A stretch of 64,000 nt of DNA from an uncultured Chloroflexia bacterium (GTDB lineage Bacteria > Chloroflexota > Limnocylindria > Limnocylindrales > CSP1-4): positions 224,001-288,000 of the forward strand of contig CAWEZH010000002.1 of assembly GCA_963813535.1 (NCBI GenBank). The letters run 5' to 3'. Below the pieces are notes generated by a model. That model was not told the DNA's origin. It ran no database searches and saw nothing but the letters and a program-made list of their open reading frames with translations. The stretch's first letter is position 1; every line of letters begins with the position of its first letter. The position numbers and the translations under genes were made by a program. Shown here piece by piece: positions 37,576 through 50,026 of this stretch.

Positions 37576-39324
37576 ATGAGCACCGAGGGGAGCACGACCG
37601 AGGATGTCGACACCCGATCGGACGCCCTCGATGGGTTCGTCGCCTTCGGTCTCGATGCCCGCCTGACGGCGAGGTTGGCCGAGCTGGGCTATGAGGAGCC
37701 CACGCCCATCCAACGCGAAGCGATCCCGGTGCTGATGGCAGGTCGCGACCTGCTGGCCCAGGCTCCGACAGGGACCGGCAAGACCGCCGCGTTCGCCCTT
37801 CCTGCGCTCGAGCGACTGACCGGTGGCCAGGCTGGGCGGGGCCGCCCGCGTGTCCTGGTCGTCGTCCCGACCCGTGAACTGGCGATGCAGGTCGCCGAGG
37901 CCTTCGGGGCCTATGGTCGTGGGGTCGGCAGCCGGGCGATCCCCATCTATGGGGGCCAGCCGTTCAATCAGCAACTCCGCGGGCTACGCGCGGGCGTGGA
38001 CGTCGTCGTCGCGACACCCGGGCGCGCGGTCGATCACCTGAAGCGCGGCTCGCTCGATTTCTCGCAGGTCGAGATCGTGGTCCTCGACGAAGCGGACGAG
38101 ATGCTCGATATGGGCTTTGCCGAGGACCTCGACATCATCCTTGGCGCCACGCCGGCGGAGCGGCAGACCGCGCTCTTCTCGGCGACGATCTCGCCGACGA
38201 TCACCCGTGTCGCGAAGCGCCACCTGCGCGACCCGGCCCGCGTCCAGGTCCATTCCGAGGAGACCGCCGGCGATGGGATCGCCCTGGTCCGGCAGACGGT
38301 CTACGTCGTGCGACGTCCGGACAAGCTGGCGGCCCTGTGCCGCATCCTCGATGTCGAGGACCCGACTTCGGCGCTGGTCTTCGCGCGGACCCGCGGCGAG
38401 GTCGACGACCTGGCCGCTGCACTCAGCAGCCGCGGGCACGACGCCGGCGCGCTCCACGGTGGCCTGGCCCAGGAGGCGCGCGATCGGATCATGGGCCGGT
38501 TCCGGGACGGATCGCTCGATGTCCTTGTCGCCACCGACGTCGCGGCCCGCGGGCTCGACATCGAGCACGTCAGTCACGTCGTGAACTACGACGTGCCGTC
38601 CGACCCGGACGCCTACGTCCATCGCATCGGGCGCACCGGCCGCGCAGGCCGCGAAGGCGTGGCCATCACGCTGGTGGAACCCCGCGAGCATCGACTGCTT
38701 CGCAACATCGAGCAGGCCTCGCGCACAAAGCTGGAGGTCGCTCGTCTCCCGACCGTGGCCGATCTCCGCGAGCGCCGCCTCGAGATCCTGCGCGCCGACC
38801 TCCGCGAGGCGGTGATCCAGGGCGACCACGAACGGCTGCGCGGCGTCGTCGAACCGTTGAGCGAGGAGTTCGACCTCGTCGACATCGCCCTGGCGGCGGT
38901 GTCGCTCATCGAGGGAGCCGAGATCCGCGAGGAAGACGAGGTCGAGTTGGCGCCCGCGGTCCTTGGGGCGGGGGGCGGTTCGCCACCCGGGCCAGGTCGG
39001 AAGTCAGTCGGGCCCGGCCGCGGACCGCGAGCGGGGGACGGGAAGGGTCCGTCGCGTGCGCCCCGCGGACCGCGAGGTCCCGAGTCCGACGGCTGGGCGC
39101 AGCTGTGGATCGGCGGCGGGCGCCGCGCCGGGATCCGACCGGGCGATCTGGTCGGCGCGATCACGAACGAGGCGGGTGTGCCCGGCTCCGCCGTCGGGGC
39201 GATCCAGCTGTTCGATGACTACGCGCTCGTCGACGTGCAGCAGGATCTGGCCCGCAACGTGGCGCATGCGCTTCGTGCCGCCAAGATCAAGGGGCGCAAG
39301 CTGCCGGTCCGCGAGGCCCGCTGA
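37576..39324 (+). CDS. deaD: DEAD-box RNA helicase DeaD/CsdA with DbpA RNA-binding domain
   Basis: PTPIQ, APTGTGKT, DEAD, SAT, HRIGRTGRAG, C-terminal RPGDLVGAI. Confidence 0.92.
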   Translation: MSTEGSTTEDVDTRSDALDGFVAFGLDARLTARLAELGYEEPTPIQREAIPVLMAGRDLLAQAPTGTGKTAAFALPALERLTGGQAGRGRPRVLVVVPTRELAMQVAEAFGAYGRGVGSRAIPIYGGQPFNQQLRGLRAGVDVVVATPGRAVDHLKRGSLDFSQVEIVVLDEADEMLDMGFAEDLDIILGATPAERQTALFSATISPTITRVAKRHLRDPARVQVHSEETAGDGIALVRQTVYVVRRPDKLAALCRILDVEDPTSALVFARTRGEVDDLAAALSSRGHDAGALHGGLAQEARDRIMGRFRDGSLDVLVATDVAARGLDIEHVSHVVNYDVPSDPDAYVHRIGRTGRAGREGVAITLVEPREHRLLRNIEQASRTKLEVARLPTVADLRERRLEILRADLREAVIQGDHERLRGVVEPLSEEFDLVDIALAAVSLIEGAEIREEDEVELAPAVLGAGGGSPPGPGRKSVGPGRGPRAGDGKGPSRAPRGPRGPESDGWAQLWIGGGRRAGIRPGDLVGAITNEAGVPGSAVGAIQLFDDYALVDVQQDLARNVAHALRAAKIKGRKLPVREAR

Positions 39325-39329
39325 CCGCC

Positions 39330-40206
39330 TCAGACGAGCGGCGCGACCTCGCGATCGAAACGCTCCATCAGGCCAATGAGCTCGCCCGGGTCGGTGGCAT
39401 CGAACCACACGGCCAGGTGCTCGACGCCGGCGCTCGGCGAAGGCCCGGATCTCGGCCGCCATCTCCTCGGTACTGCCGCGGATCGCGTAGTGGTTGCTCG
39501 ACGCCGGCCCGAACTCGGTCCATGCGCGGGCCGTCAAGCGCGGCATCGGTCGGCCGGCAGCCTCGGCGGCGGCACGGATGACCGGCACGCGGTCCGCGTA
39601 TTTCGCGGCACTCGTGGCGCTGGAGTGGTACCAGTCGCCCTTTCCCCCGGCGCGCCGCAGGGCCGCCTCGACTCGACCGCCGACGACGATCGGCACAGCC
39701 GCGCCCTGCTCGGGCAGTGGCCGGAAGGCGAAGTCGTCGAACTGGTGAAACCGTCCATGGAACGGTTCTGTCGAGCCCGACCAGAGGTGACGCCACAGGT
39801 CGATGGTCTCGTCGAGGTAGGCGCCACGGACGTGGAACCGATCCGCGACGGCAAGGTTTTCGAATTCCTGCTCGTTCCAGCCGGCACCGACGCCCGCGAC
39901 GAGCCGGCCGCCGCTCAGGGCATCGAGCGAGGCCAGCTCCTTGGCGAGCACCACGGCGTTCCGTTGCGGGACGACGACCACGCTGGTCCCGAGGCGGACC
40001 CGGGCGAACCGCGCCCCGATCCAGACCAGAACCTCGACCGCGTCGAAGTTCGTTCCGTAGTCGTCGGCGGCGGAGGTCGGCACCATCACGTGGTCGGTCG
40101 TCCAGACGGTCGACCAGCCGAGTCGCTCGGCGGTCTCGGCGCCGGCCTCCATGCCCTCGCGCGATGCTCCGTCGCGGAAATTGGGGAGACAGAGTCCATA
40201 GTCCAT
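39330..40206 (-). CDS. LLM-class (F420-dependent) oxidoreductase, apparent +1 frameshift near 39433
   Basis: VWTTDHV, RLGTSV, LAKELASLDALSGGRL; C-terminus AGVEHLAVWF...ERFDREVAPLV in the shifted frame. Confidence 0.85.
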
Positions 40207-40236
40207 GCGCCGAATCCTAGGTGCTATGGTCGCCTC

Positions 40237-40875
40237 GTGGACAGCCGGACGCTGATCAGCGCGTACCGGCTCGGGTTCGCGACACTGACCATCCTCGCGA
40301 TCGTCGCGCAGGCTGCCGACCTGTACACCCGCGGGACCTTCGTTCCCCAGAACTTCTTCAGTTACTTCACGATCCAGAGCAACCTGATCGCGGTCGTGGT
40401 CTTCCTGGGCAGTGTCGCGTGGTGGCGGACGGCGCCATCGCCGAGCTGGGAGCTTATCCGCGGCGCCTCGGTCCTCCACATGACGATCACGTTCGTGGTG
40501 TTCGCGCTCCTCCTGAGCGGGACGAACGTCGACACTGCCCTGCCCTGGGTCGATACGGCGCTCCACCGGGTGATGCCGCTCGCCGTCATCGCGGATTGGC
40601 TCATCGATCCGCCCCGTCACTCGATCCCGTTCCGGACAAGCGTCCGCTGGACGACTTTCCCGCTGCTATGGGCGGCCTACACGCTGGTGCGTGGGGCGAT
40701 CGTCGACTGGTATCCGTACCCCTTCCTCGACCCCGCCAACGGTGGCTACGCTTCGGTGGCCGTGTACGTCCTGGCGATCCTCATCTTCGGGATCGTTCTG
40801 TGCGCGGTCATCGCCTGGGTCGGCAATGTCGTCGGCGCTCGGCGTGGGAACGCGGCGGAGACTGCGACCGACTGA
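40237..40875 (+). CDS. Pr6Pr-family membrane protein
   Basis: FFSYFTIQSN, LHRVMP, WYPYPFLDP. Confidence 0.88.
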   Translation: MDSRTLISAYRLGFATLTILAIVAQAADLYTRGTFVPQNFFSYFTIQSNLIAVVVFLGSVAWWRTAPSPSWELIRGASVLHMTITFVVFALLLSGTNVDTALPWVDTALHRVMPLAVIADWLIDPPRHSIPFRTSVRWTTFPLLWAAYTLVRGAIVDWYPYPFLDPANGGYASVAVYVLAILIFGIVLCAVIAWVGNVVGARRGNAAETATD

Positions 40876-40989
40876 CCGGCCGACTGCAACGTCGCTGGCG
40901 GTCCACCGACGCGCGGCACACATCGCGCGCAAGCCACGCGCTGTTCCAATGGGTCAGACACCCCTAACCCCGAACAGCGGAGACGCCCA

Positions 40990-41457
40990 TTGGATGCCCT
41001 AGCCCTCCTCAAGGACGACCACGAGAAGATGCGAAAGCTCCTGGAGGAGCTCGAGACGACGACCGAACGCGGCGTCAAGACCCGCGAGGAGCTCTTTTCG
41101 AAGATCAAGGGCGAGCTGACCGTCCACGAGATCATCGAGGAAGAGATCTTCTACCCGGCGTTGCGCGACCATCCCAAGGCGAAGGACATCGTCCTCGAGG
41201 GATACGAGGAGCATCACGTCGTCGACCTCGTCATGGCCGAGCTCGAGGACCTGCCCGTCGATGACGAGTCGTGGGGCGCCAAGGCCAAGGTCATGAAGGA
41301 AAACGTCGAGCACCACATGGAAGAGGAAGAGGGCGAGATGTTCCAGAAGGCTCGCTCGATCCTCGACCGCGACGAGCTCGAGGCGCTCGGCCGACGCATG
41401 GAGGCGCGCAAGAGTGCGGCCCAGCAGGAGCTGAACGTCCCGGCCGGGCGCGCCTAA
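40990..41457 (+). CDS. Hemerythrin-domain protein
   Basis: LKDDH, VHEIIEEEIFYP, EEHH, HHMEEEE. Confidence 0.9.
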   Translation: MDALALLKDDHEKMRKLLEELETTTERGVKTREELFSKIKGELTVHEIIEEEIFYPALRDHPKAKDIVLEGYEEHHVVDLVMAELEDLPVDDESWGAKAKVMKENVEHHMEEEEGEMFQKARSILDRDELEALGRRMEARKSAAQQELNVPAGRA

Positions 41458-41563
41458 GCGTCACCGGCGCTGACTGGGCCCAGAAATGGAGGAGCCCGGC
41501 CCTGATGCGGGGCCGGGCTGAGGTCGACGACCATTGGCGCGTAGCCGCTAGGAAAGTCGCCTC

Positions 41564-42571
41564 CTAGTCGAGGTCGCGCAGAAGCTCGGCCAGCATCAGC
41601 GCGTTCGTCGCGCCGTAGTTCGCGTAGCAGTTGTTGAAGAGCACATGCGTCTGCGCCGCCTGACCGGCGGCATCGCGGACCCGCGGTACCCACTCTTCGA
41701 GCTCGTCCTCGTCATAGAGGTAGCGGAAGCGCTCGACGGTCTTGATGTTCTGCGCCTCCCACGTCTCGGCCCGCCGACCGTGGAAGCGGACGACGGCGAG
41801 GTCGGGCGACGTCGCCGCGACGATCGGGGGCACGCTCGACTTGAAGCCCTGCGGGCCGTCGACCATGACGAGGGGGATCTGGCGGTCGCCCAGGAAGGCG
41901 AGCGTCCGTTCGATGTTCTTCTCGTTGAACCATGTCCCGTTGCGGAACTCGACGGCCGGCGTCATGCCGACCTTGCGCAGCCGATCGACGGCATCCTCGA
42001 TGGTGTCCCGGTTCTCCGAGGAGGTGAAGAACCAACGCGGGTACTGCAACAGGATCGAGCCCAGCTGGCCCGCCTCGGCGAGTGGTTCGAGCCCGTCGGC
42101 GAACCACGCCCACACGTCGTCCTTCAGGTCGTCGGGCAGGTCCTTGGCGTAGATCCGCTGCTTCTCGGCGACCTCGGCCGGTAGCGCTTCGCGAAGGTCC
42201 TTCGGCAGCCGCTTGGTCTCGGTCGGCTGGCCGGTCATCAGGGCATGCGCCTTGATGTCGAACGTGAAGTCGGGCGGTGTGCGCTGCACCCACAGCTCGG
42301 ACGTCCGTCGGACCGGCAGCGAGTAATACGTCGCGTCGACCTCGACGAGCGGGAAGCGCGATGCGTAGTACTGGAGGCGTTCCTCGGCGCTGTCGGCGCC
42401 GGTCGGGTAGAACACGCCGGCTGCGGTCATGGTCGGGTCGGTCCACGACGCCGTGCCGATGCGGATCGAGCCGCCGTTCGGGGCATCGAAGGGGTTCGCG
42501 GCCACGTCCTCGGAGCCGTCGAAGGTCGCTGCCGCGGCGTCGGCACCCGGGTCGTGGAGGTTCGTGGCCAT
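41564..42571 (-). CDS. DUF72 (YecE) family protein
   Basis: IGTASW, VEVDATYY, AVEFRN, VRFHGR, FNNCY. Confidence 0.9.
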   Translation of the reverse strand: MATNLHDPGADAAAATFDGSEDVAANPFDAPNGGSIRIGTASWTDPTMTAAGVFYPTGADSAEERLQYYASRFPLVEVDATYYSLPVRRTSELWVQRTPPDFTFDIKAHALMTGQPTETKRLPKDLREALPAEVAEKQRIYAKDLPDDLKDDVWAWFADGLEPLAEAGQLGSILLQYPRWFFTSSENRDTIEDAVDRLRKVGMTPAVEFRNGTWFNEKNIERTLAFLGDRQIPLVMVDGPQGFKSSVPPIVAATSPDLAVVRFHGRRAETWEAQNIKTVERFRYLYDEDELEEWVPRVRDAAGQAAQTHVLFNNCYANYGATNALMLAELLRDLD

Positions 42572-42605
42572 GCCGGTCAGGGTACCGCGACGCTACGATC
42601 GGTCG

Positions 42606-42878
42606 ATGACCGATCGACCGACCAGGAGGCTCGAGATCGGGCTCGACCTCACGGACGACGAACTCGCCGAGCTCGAGCGGGCACTCCTCAAGGCCCGTGC
42701 CACCGAGCTCGGCGAGGTCCGGCGACGCGACGTCCGCCTGAGCGCGGGGTACGGCGATTCGACGACCCGCGAGGTCCTCGACGACGAAGGCCGCCGAGCC
42801 CAGCTCCGCCACGATGCCCTGTCGAAGCTCATCGAGGCGTTACGCCGGCGCTCCTCTCACACGACAGATCGCGCTTGA
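42606..42878 (+). CDS. Small hypothetical protein
   Basis: 90-aa ORF with TACGAT -10 six nt upstream. Confidence 0.55.
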   Translation: MTDRPTRRLEIGLDLTDDELAELERALLKARATELGEVRRRDVRLSAGYGDSTTREVLDDEGRRAQLRHDALSKLIEALRRRSSHTTDRA

Positions 42879-42903
42879 CGTGACGGCCGGTCGGGCCAGG
42901 ACC

Positions 42904-43083
42904 TGGCCATCGGTGCACCAGGCGCACCGTATGGCACCTGACACGGGGTCACCGCCGATCGAACGCGCCGCTCGTACGACACTCCATGCACGAATCGGGG
43001 CGCGGATGCTCAACAGTCCCGGCGCGGTGGCCCCGATCGAGCGCCGTAGGAGGCCGTAGGTGCACGTCATGCACCGATGGCCA
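42904..43083 (+). ncRNA. Candidate 180-nt rod-shaped RNA (6S/SsrS-like)
   Basis: 14-bp perfect closing stem TGGCCATCGGTGCA/TGCACCGATGGCCA; nested stems GCACC/GGTGC, TATGGC/GCCGTA, GGGGTCACCGC/GCGGTGGCCCC, CGCGCC/GGCGCG; internal bubble. Confidence 0.5.
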
Positions 43084-43142
43084 CATCGCGGCGAACGCCA
43101 CGCCGTCCCCGCTCGTCAGGCCGGATCGGCCCGCCCGAAGCT

Positions 43143-43574
43143 CTAGCGCGTCGGCCGGTGGAACCCGTCCTTGTATTGATCCCAGGTCTCGCGAGCGAGG
43201 TCGCGCACCGCGTCGTCGTCGATCGATTCGGGCGCCGTGATATTCAGGCAGCTCCGGCCGATCTTCGTGCCGGGGAAGCGGTCGTGGACGGCCTCCACGA
43301 GGTAGCCGCCTGATCGCTGGCCCATCGAGAACAGCGAGATGTAGCCCTTCCGGTTGGCCAACCCGACCGAGAACCAGCGGCCCTTCGGCTTGCCCTTGCT
43401 ATCGGAGTAGTCGTATGAGCCGTAGCCGATGAGTGGGCCGCCGTAGTCCCACATCGTCACATCGGCGTCCGGGATCGTGGCAGTGATCACGTCGTGCAAG
43501 TGCTGCATCTGCGATCGGCGCGGCTCGGGCAGCGCGTCGATGTGGAGCTGCGCCGCCGCACGTCCCTCGTCCAT
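43143..43574 (-). CDS. DUF1801 (YdhG-like) protein
   Basis: IGYGSYDY, VGLANRKGYISL, IGRSCL. Confidence 0.8.
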   Translation of the reverse strand: MDEGRAAAQLHIDALPEPRRSQMQHLHDVITATIPDADVTMWDYGGPLIGYGSYDYSDSKGKPKGRWFSVGLANRKGYISLFSMGQRSGGYLVEAVHDRFPGTKIGRSCLNITAPESIDDDAVRDLARETWDQYKDGFHRPTR

Positions 43575-43723
43575 CGCCACACGGTACAGGTCCGGAACTT
43601 CCGTACCAGCGACCGCGGCGACGATGGACCGCTTGACGTATCCGGCGTCGGGGCCGATGGTCTGGATACCCAGGCACCCTCCGCCGACGTGGCATTGCCA
43701 GCGCCGGTGGCCCAAGAGTCTCG

Positions 43724-45694
43724 ATGTCCGACCGTCGCTCGCGCCCCCGTCACGGCCGTTCCTTCACGTCGTCCGCACTCGTCCGTGCGACCGTCGTCGC
43801 GTTGCTGCTGTCGCTCGCCGCGATCGCACCGGCGGCAGCTGCGGATCCGACGGCGACGCCAACGGCCACGCCGAGCCCGGACCCGAGCTCCAGCGCGACC
43901 CCCAGCCCCAGCGCGACGGAATCGCCCGAGCCGACCGTCGAGCTGGCGCCCGCTCCGACCCCCAGCCCGACTCCCGGGCCATCGAGCCGGGTCGCCACGG
44001 CAACCCTGGTCGTAACGATGTCCCAGAGTGCTCTGAGCTACGAGCCGAGCACCAACAAGGCCCGGATCCAGATCACGGTCAACGCTTCCGGCGCCGTAGC
44101 TCCGTGGGACTACACCGTGGCGGTCCGTGGCACGACCGTCGGGACCGGATCGAGCTCGGCAGCGTCGGCCAGCGTGACCGTCACCAACGACTGCTCCATC
44201 ACCACCCAAAGCGTGACGGCGCAGGTGACCGACGCCCAGGACCGGACCGCGGGAACCGCGTCGACGCTCGACCGATCGCTGTGTCCGCCGCCACCGAACT
44301 ATCCACACGCCCGTGACCGGATCCTGGCCGGCCCGACGCTGACCGAGACATCGTTCGTCGATCGATTGCGGGCCGTCGGTTCCCCGGCGCTGTCGGAGGG
44401 TCGGTCCATCTATCGAACGCTCGTGGCGGGCGGCGTCAACCCGGCATTCGCCCTCGGAACGTTCCACGCGGAGAGCCACTCGGGCACTCGCGGGTACGCG
44501 ACCACCACGAAGAACTGGGGGAACATCCTCTACTACGAGTGGACGAAGGCATTCGGCGCGACGCCGTACGCACCGGGCAACGGCTACACGTATGCGAAGT
44601 TCCCGACGTGGCACCACAGCGTCCGTGCCCTGGTCGACCTGCTCCAGCGCTACGACCGCAGCGGGTATACGACCGTCAGCTCGGCCTCAGCGCATTGGTT
44701 GGGCTCGATCGAAGGCAGCGACCGACACCTGCGCTACCTCAACAACATCACGGCCGTGATGCGCATCCTCCCCGACGACGCCGTGCCGGTGATGACAGGT
44801 CTCACGGTGCCGACCCGAAGCCGGGCCGCCGTGGGGATCAGCTACTCGGCGAAGGACAACCTCGGCGTGACCGGGTACCAGATCCGCAAGCAGCGTGGAT
44901 CGACCGGCGCCTGGACGTACGAGTCGGTGACCACGCGGAGCCGCACCCTGACGCTGACCACCGGCTGGTGGCGGATCGGCGTCCGTGCGACTGACGCCGC
45001 CGGCAACTGGTCGAGCTGGCGATACGACAGCGTCTCGGTCGATGGGACCAACCCGACGGTGACCGGCCTGAAGGTGTCCCAGACCGTCGTCCGCTCGGTC
45101 GACGCGCGGTTCAGCGCATCGTGGAGCGCGACCGACAACGTCGGTGTCGCCCGGTATCAGTGGCGCACGCGGGGTCGACCGGCCGGCGCCACGTCGGGCG
45201 TGCACTCGACCACGGCCCGGAGTGCGACCTTCGCATTCCCCACCGGCAGCTGGGACCTCGAGATCCGCGCGGTCGATGCCGTCGGCAACGCCAGCCCATG
45301 GCGGACGCAGCGCATCGTGGTCCCGCGCGACGATCGCGCGTTCGCGTTCTCGACCGGCAATGTCCGTCGCGCGATCGCCGATGCGTATCGGCGCACCCTC
45401 ACCGCGAACAACATCCCCGGCAGCGAGCTCACCGTCACGAGCTCGGATGGCGACGCGTTCTACGTGGTCGGGCGGGTCGGCCCGAGGTACGGACGGATGC
45501 GCATCACCGTCGACGGCGTGTCGACGACCATCGACACCGGCTTCTACCAGGGCAAGCGGGCCACGGCGATCCGGGATCGCGTGCTGCTCTTCAGCGCATA
45601 CCTCACGCCCGGCGCGCACACGGTCACCATCACGAACGTGGGTTCGGCGGGCCGGGTCACCATCGCGATCGACGCACTCGATTTCGCCCGCTAG
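43724..45694 (+). CDS. Secreted GH73/glucosaminidase-like cell-wall hydrolase with Ig/Fn3 domains
   Basis: Signal peptide, P/T linker, VNPAFALGTFHAES...NWGNI...YAKF, two DNxGV...DAxGN Fn3-like repeats. Confidence 0.7.
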   Translation: MSDRRSRPRHGRSFTSSALVRATVVALLLSLAAIAPAAAADPTATPTATPSPDPSSSATPSPSATESPEPTVELAPAPTPSPTPGPSSRVATATLVVTMSQSALSYEPSTNKARIQITVNASGAVAPWDYTVAVRGTTVGTGSSSAASASVTVTNDCSITTQSVTAQVTDAQDRTAGTASTLDRSLCPPPPNYPHARDRILAGPTLTETSFVDRLRAVGSPALSEGRSIYRTLVAGGVNPAFALGTFHAESHSGTRGYATTTKNWGNILYYEWTKAFGATPYAPGNGYTYAKFPTWHHSVRALVDLLQRYDRSGYTTVSSASAHWLGSIEGSDRHLRYLNNITAVMRILPDDAVPVMTGLTVPTRSRAAVGISYSAKDNLGVTGYQIRKQRGSTGAWTYESVTTRSRTLTLTTGWWRIGVRATDAAGNWSSWRYDSVSVDGTNPTVTGLKVSQTVVRSVDARFSASWSATDNVGVARYQWRTRGRPAGATSGVHSTTARSATFAFPTGSWDLEIRAVDAVGNASPWRTQRIVVPRDDRAFAFSTGNVRRAIADAYRRTLTANNIPGSELTVTSSDGDAFYVVGRVGPRYGRMRITVDGVSTTIDTGFYQGKRATAIRDRVLLFSAYLTPGAHTVTITNVGSAGRVTIAIDALDFAR

Positions 45695-45717
45695 ACGGCG
45701 CGCCGGCAAGGGCCGCG

Positions 45718-45810
45718 ATACCCCATGGGGGTATTGACACAGGTCTTGACAAATGGGCCTGAAAGACGCATCATTCTCGGCAGTAGGGCTTGTCAAGACT
45801 TGACAGGCCC
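45718..45810 (+). promoter_or_regulatory. dnaG-rpoD promoter region with palindromes and clustered TTGACA
   Basis: ATACCCC-ATG-GGGGTAT; TTGACA at 45734, 45746 and 45800, reverse copy at 45791; GGGCTTGTCAAG-A-CTTGACAGGCCC. Confidence 0.6.
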
Positions 45811-45896
45811 ACAGGTGTGTCCGGGACCATGCGGGTGGTCGGTGGGCAGAAGCGAAACGGCGTCGCCTGGTCAGCGGCGGGGGTAAGGAGCGGAGT

Positions 45897-47798
45897 TTGT
45901 CGGTCGGCGTCACTGCCGAGGTCAAGAGCAAGTTGTCGGTCGTCGACGTGGTCGGCGAGAGCGTCACCCTCAAGAAGGCGGGCACCACGTACAAGGGGCT
46001 GTGCCCCTTCCACGGCGAGAAGACGCCGTCGTTCGTGGTCACCCCTGTTCGCGAGTCGTGGCACTGCTTCGGCTGCGGCAAGGGCGGGGACATCTTCAGC
46101 TTCGTCATGGAGCGCGACGGGATGTCGTTCCCGGAAGCGCTGCGCACGCTGGCGGGCAAGGCCGGCGTCGAGATCGACGAGCGCACCAAGCGTGAGGACG
46201 CCCGCAAGGCTCGGCTTCGCGGGGTGCTCGACACGGCGATCGCCTTCTACCACGCCGTCCTGACCGGCACCAAGGCCGGTGAGCCGGCGCTCGCGTATCT
46301 GCGTGATCGTGGCTTCACGGACGAGACGATCGAGGCCCACCAGCTCGGCTGGGCGCCGGCCGGCTGGGACGTGATGGCTCGGCAGCTCCAGGCCAAGCGG
46401 GGCACCAACCCCGACGACCTGGTCGAGGTCGGTCTGGCGAGTCCGAGCCAGCGCGGTCGCGGCGTCATCGACAAGTTCCGGGCACGCGTCCTGTTCCCGA
46501 TCCGCGACCAGAACGGCAACGCGGTCGGACTTGGCGGGCGGTTGCTCGAGGGGGAGGGGCCCAAGTACCTGAACTCGCCGGCCACGCCGCTGTTCGACAA
46601 GAGCCGGACGCTGTACCTCATCGACCGCGCCAAGGGCCCCATCCGCAAGTCGGAGCAGGCCGTCATCGTCGAGGGCTACACCGACGCACTGATGGCCCAT
46701 CAGGCCGGGTTCGAGAACGTGGTCGCCAGCCTGGGGACCGCGCTCACCCCGAACCACATCGGGTTGCTAACGCGGTACGCCAAGCGCATCGCGCTCGCGT
46801 ACGACGTCGACCCGGCGGGCGAGAAGGCGGGCACGCTGGGCGTGACCGCGTTGGCCGGCCTCATCACCCAGCTCCAGGGTGACGACTCGGGCGTGAAGCT
46901 CGAGGACGTCCGCGTCGTCCGGCTCCCGGCCGGCCAGGATCCGGACGAGGTCGTGCGCGACGAGCCGGCTCGCTGGGAGTCGGCGGTCGCGGCTGCGAAG
47001 CCGCTCGTCGAATACCTGATCGATCACCACGCGTCGCGCCACGACCTCAAGACCGCGACCGGCCGGCTGGCGTTCGCCGATGCGGTGATCCCGGCCATCC
47101 GCGACATCGCCGATCCGCTCCGGCGCGATGAGGCGCTGCAGCAGATGCACCGCGTGTCCGGCATCGACGAGCGGGTGCTTCGGCAGTCGCTCGAACGACG
47201 GATGGCCGCGGTGGGGCCGGGTCAGCGCGACGGGACGAGCCGGATCACTGCCGATGCCGTGCTCGCGTCCCCGGATGCCCTGCCGATCGACGACATCCTG
47301 CGGGCGGTGACCCCGGTCGAGGCGGAGCTGCTGCGGCTGCTCCTGCTCGTCCCCGACCAGCAGATCCGGGTCGCCGAGCAGCTCGGGCCCGACCAGTTGC
47401 CAAGCACGCTCGCCCGGGAGCTGTATCGGGCGATCGTCCTGGCTCGCGAGCCGGACGACCACGGCGTCCATCCGCCCTTCGACACGGTCGCGTTCATGGC
47501 CGGCCTGGCCGACGGGGAGGTCCGCTCGCTCGCCCAGGCAGTCCTCGCGGTCCAGAAACCGCTGCCCGAGGCACGCGAGGTGCAGCGCCTCCTCATCGAT
47601 ATCGAAGGTGCCCGGCTGCGCGACCACATCGACTTCCTCGAGGCATCGCTGATGGAGGCGGAGCGCGAACGCGACCGCACGGCGATCGACCGTCTGCAAC
47701 TCGAACTCAAACTTGCCATCGAAACCCGTCGATCGATCGATCGACGTCGCGAAGACACCCGACTTCTGGCGCGGCCCACCGTGGCCGCGCAGACCTGA
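45897..47798 (+). CDS. dnaG: DNA primase
   Basis: [11 protein letters not shown]...HCFGC zinc finger, KYLNSP, VEGYTD, YDVDPAG TOPRIM. Confidence 0.97.
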   Translation: MSVGVTAEVKSKLSVVDVVGESVTLKKAGTTYKGLCPFHGEKTPSFVVTPVRESWHCFGCGKGGDIFSFVMERDGMSFPEALRTLAGKAGVEIDERTKREDARKARLRGVLDTAIAFYHAVLTGTKAGEPALAYLRDRGFTDETIEAHQLGWAPAGWDVMARQLQAKRGTNPDDLVEVGLASPSQRGRGVIDKFRARVLFPIRDQNGNAVGLGGRLLEGEGPKYLNSPATPLFDKSRTLYLIDRAKGPIRKSEQAVIVEGYTDALMAHQAGFENVVASLGTALTPNHIGLLTRYAKRIALAYDVDPAGEKAGTLGVTALAGLITQLQGDDSGVKLEDVRVVRLPAGQDPDEVVRDEPARWESAVAAAKPLVEYLIDHHASRHDLKTATGRLAFADAVIPAIRDIADPLRRDEALQQMHRVSGIDERVLRQSLERRMAAVGPGQRDGTSRITADAVLASPDALPIDDILRAVTPVEAELLRLLLLVPDQQIRVAEQLGPDQLPSTLARELYRAIVLAREPDDHGVHPPFDTVAFMAGLADGEVRSLAQAVLAVQKPLPEAREVQRLLIDIEGARLRDHIDFLEASLMEAERERDRTAIDRLQLELKLAIETRRSIDRRREDTRLLARPTVAAQT

Positions 47799-47821
47799 GA
47801 CCTCGATCCAAGGAGGACCGA

Positions 47822-49540
<1,719 letters not shown>

Positions 49541-49608
49541 GCTTACCGGGCGCTCCGTCCGAGTGACTTCCTCACGCGACGCTAAGCGGGGTGCCGGAGA
49601 ACGACCCC

Positions 49609-49992
49609 ATGGCCAGTGACGGCAAGCCCATCCTGGACGGAGAGGCCGCGGATCAGACCACCGCGGCGGCATTGACGGAGTGGCGAGAGGCGGAGCGCTC
49701 CGTCGCCGTGGCGCGCCGTGGCCGCCTGGCGGCTCAGGCCGCGATGGAGGCGGCAGGGCAGGCGACTGAGGCTGCGCAGAGGACAGCCGATGCCGCAAGG
49801 ACGGCGCTCGAGGCCGCGACGCTCGCCGAGGGGTCAGCTGCCGAAACGGCGCGAGCGGCGCGCGTCGTCGTGCAATCGACGCGACAAGACCTGGCGTTGA
49901 GCGAGGACGATGTCGCCCAGGCCGACATCAACGAGGTCGAGGCTCACGAGCACTATCGGCAGGCGTTCGAGAGGGCGGAAACCAAGCACTGA
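49609..49992 (+). CDS. Ala-rich helical hypothetical protein
   Basis: GGAGA RBS, coiled-coil-like composition. Confidence 0.6.
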   Translation: MASDGKPILDGEAADQTTAAALTEWREAERSVAVARRGRLAAQAAMEAAGQATEAAQRTADAARTALEAATLAEGSAAETARAARVVVQSTRQDLALSEDDVAQADINEVEAHEHYRQAFERAETKH

Positions 49993-50026
49993 CCGTGCCA
50001 CGCCTCGAACCGGCCGGCGAACGTTG

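Noticed and set aside
1447-39440. Programmed frameshifting in the kinase, efeU, efeO and LLM genes
   Set aside because: No slippery sequences; all are isolated +1 bases in GC-rich context, typical of long-read errors
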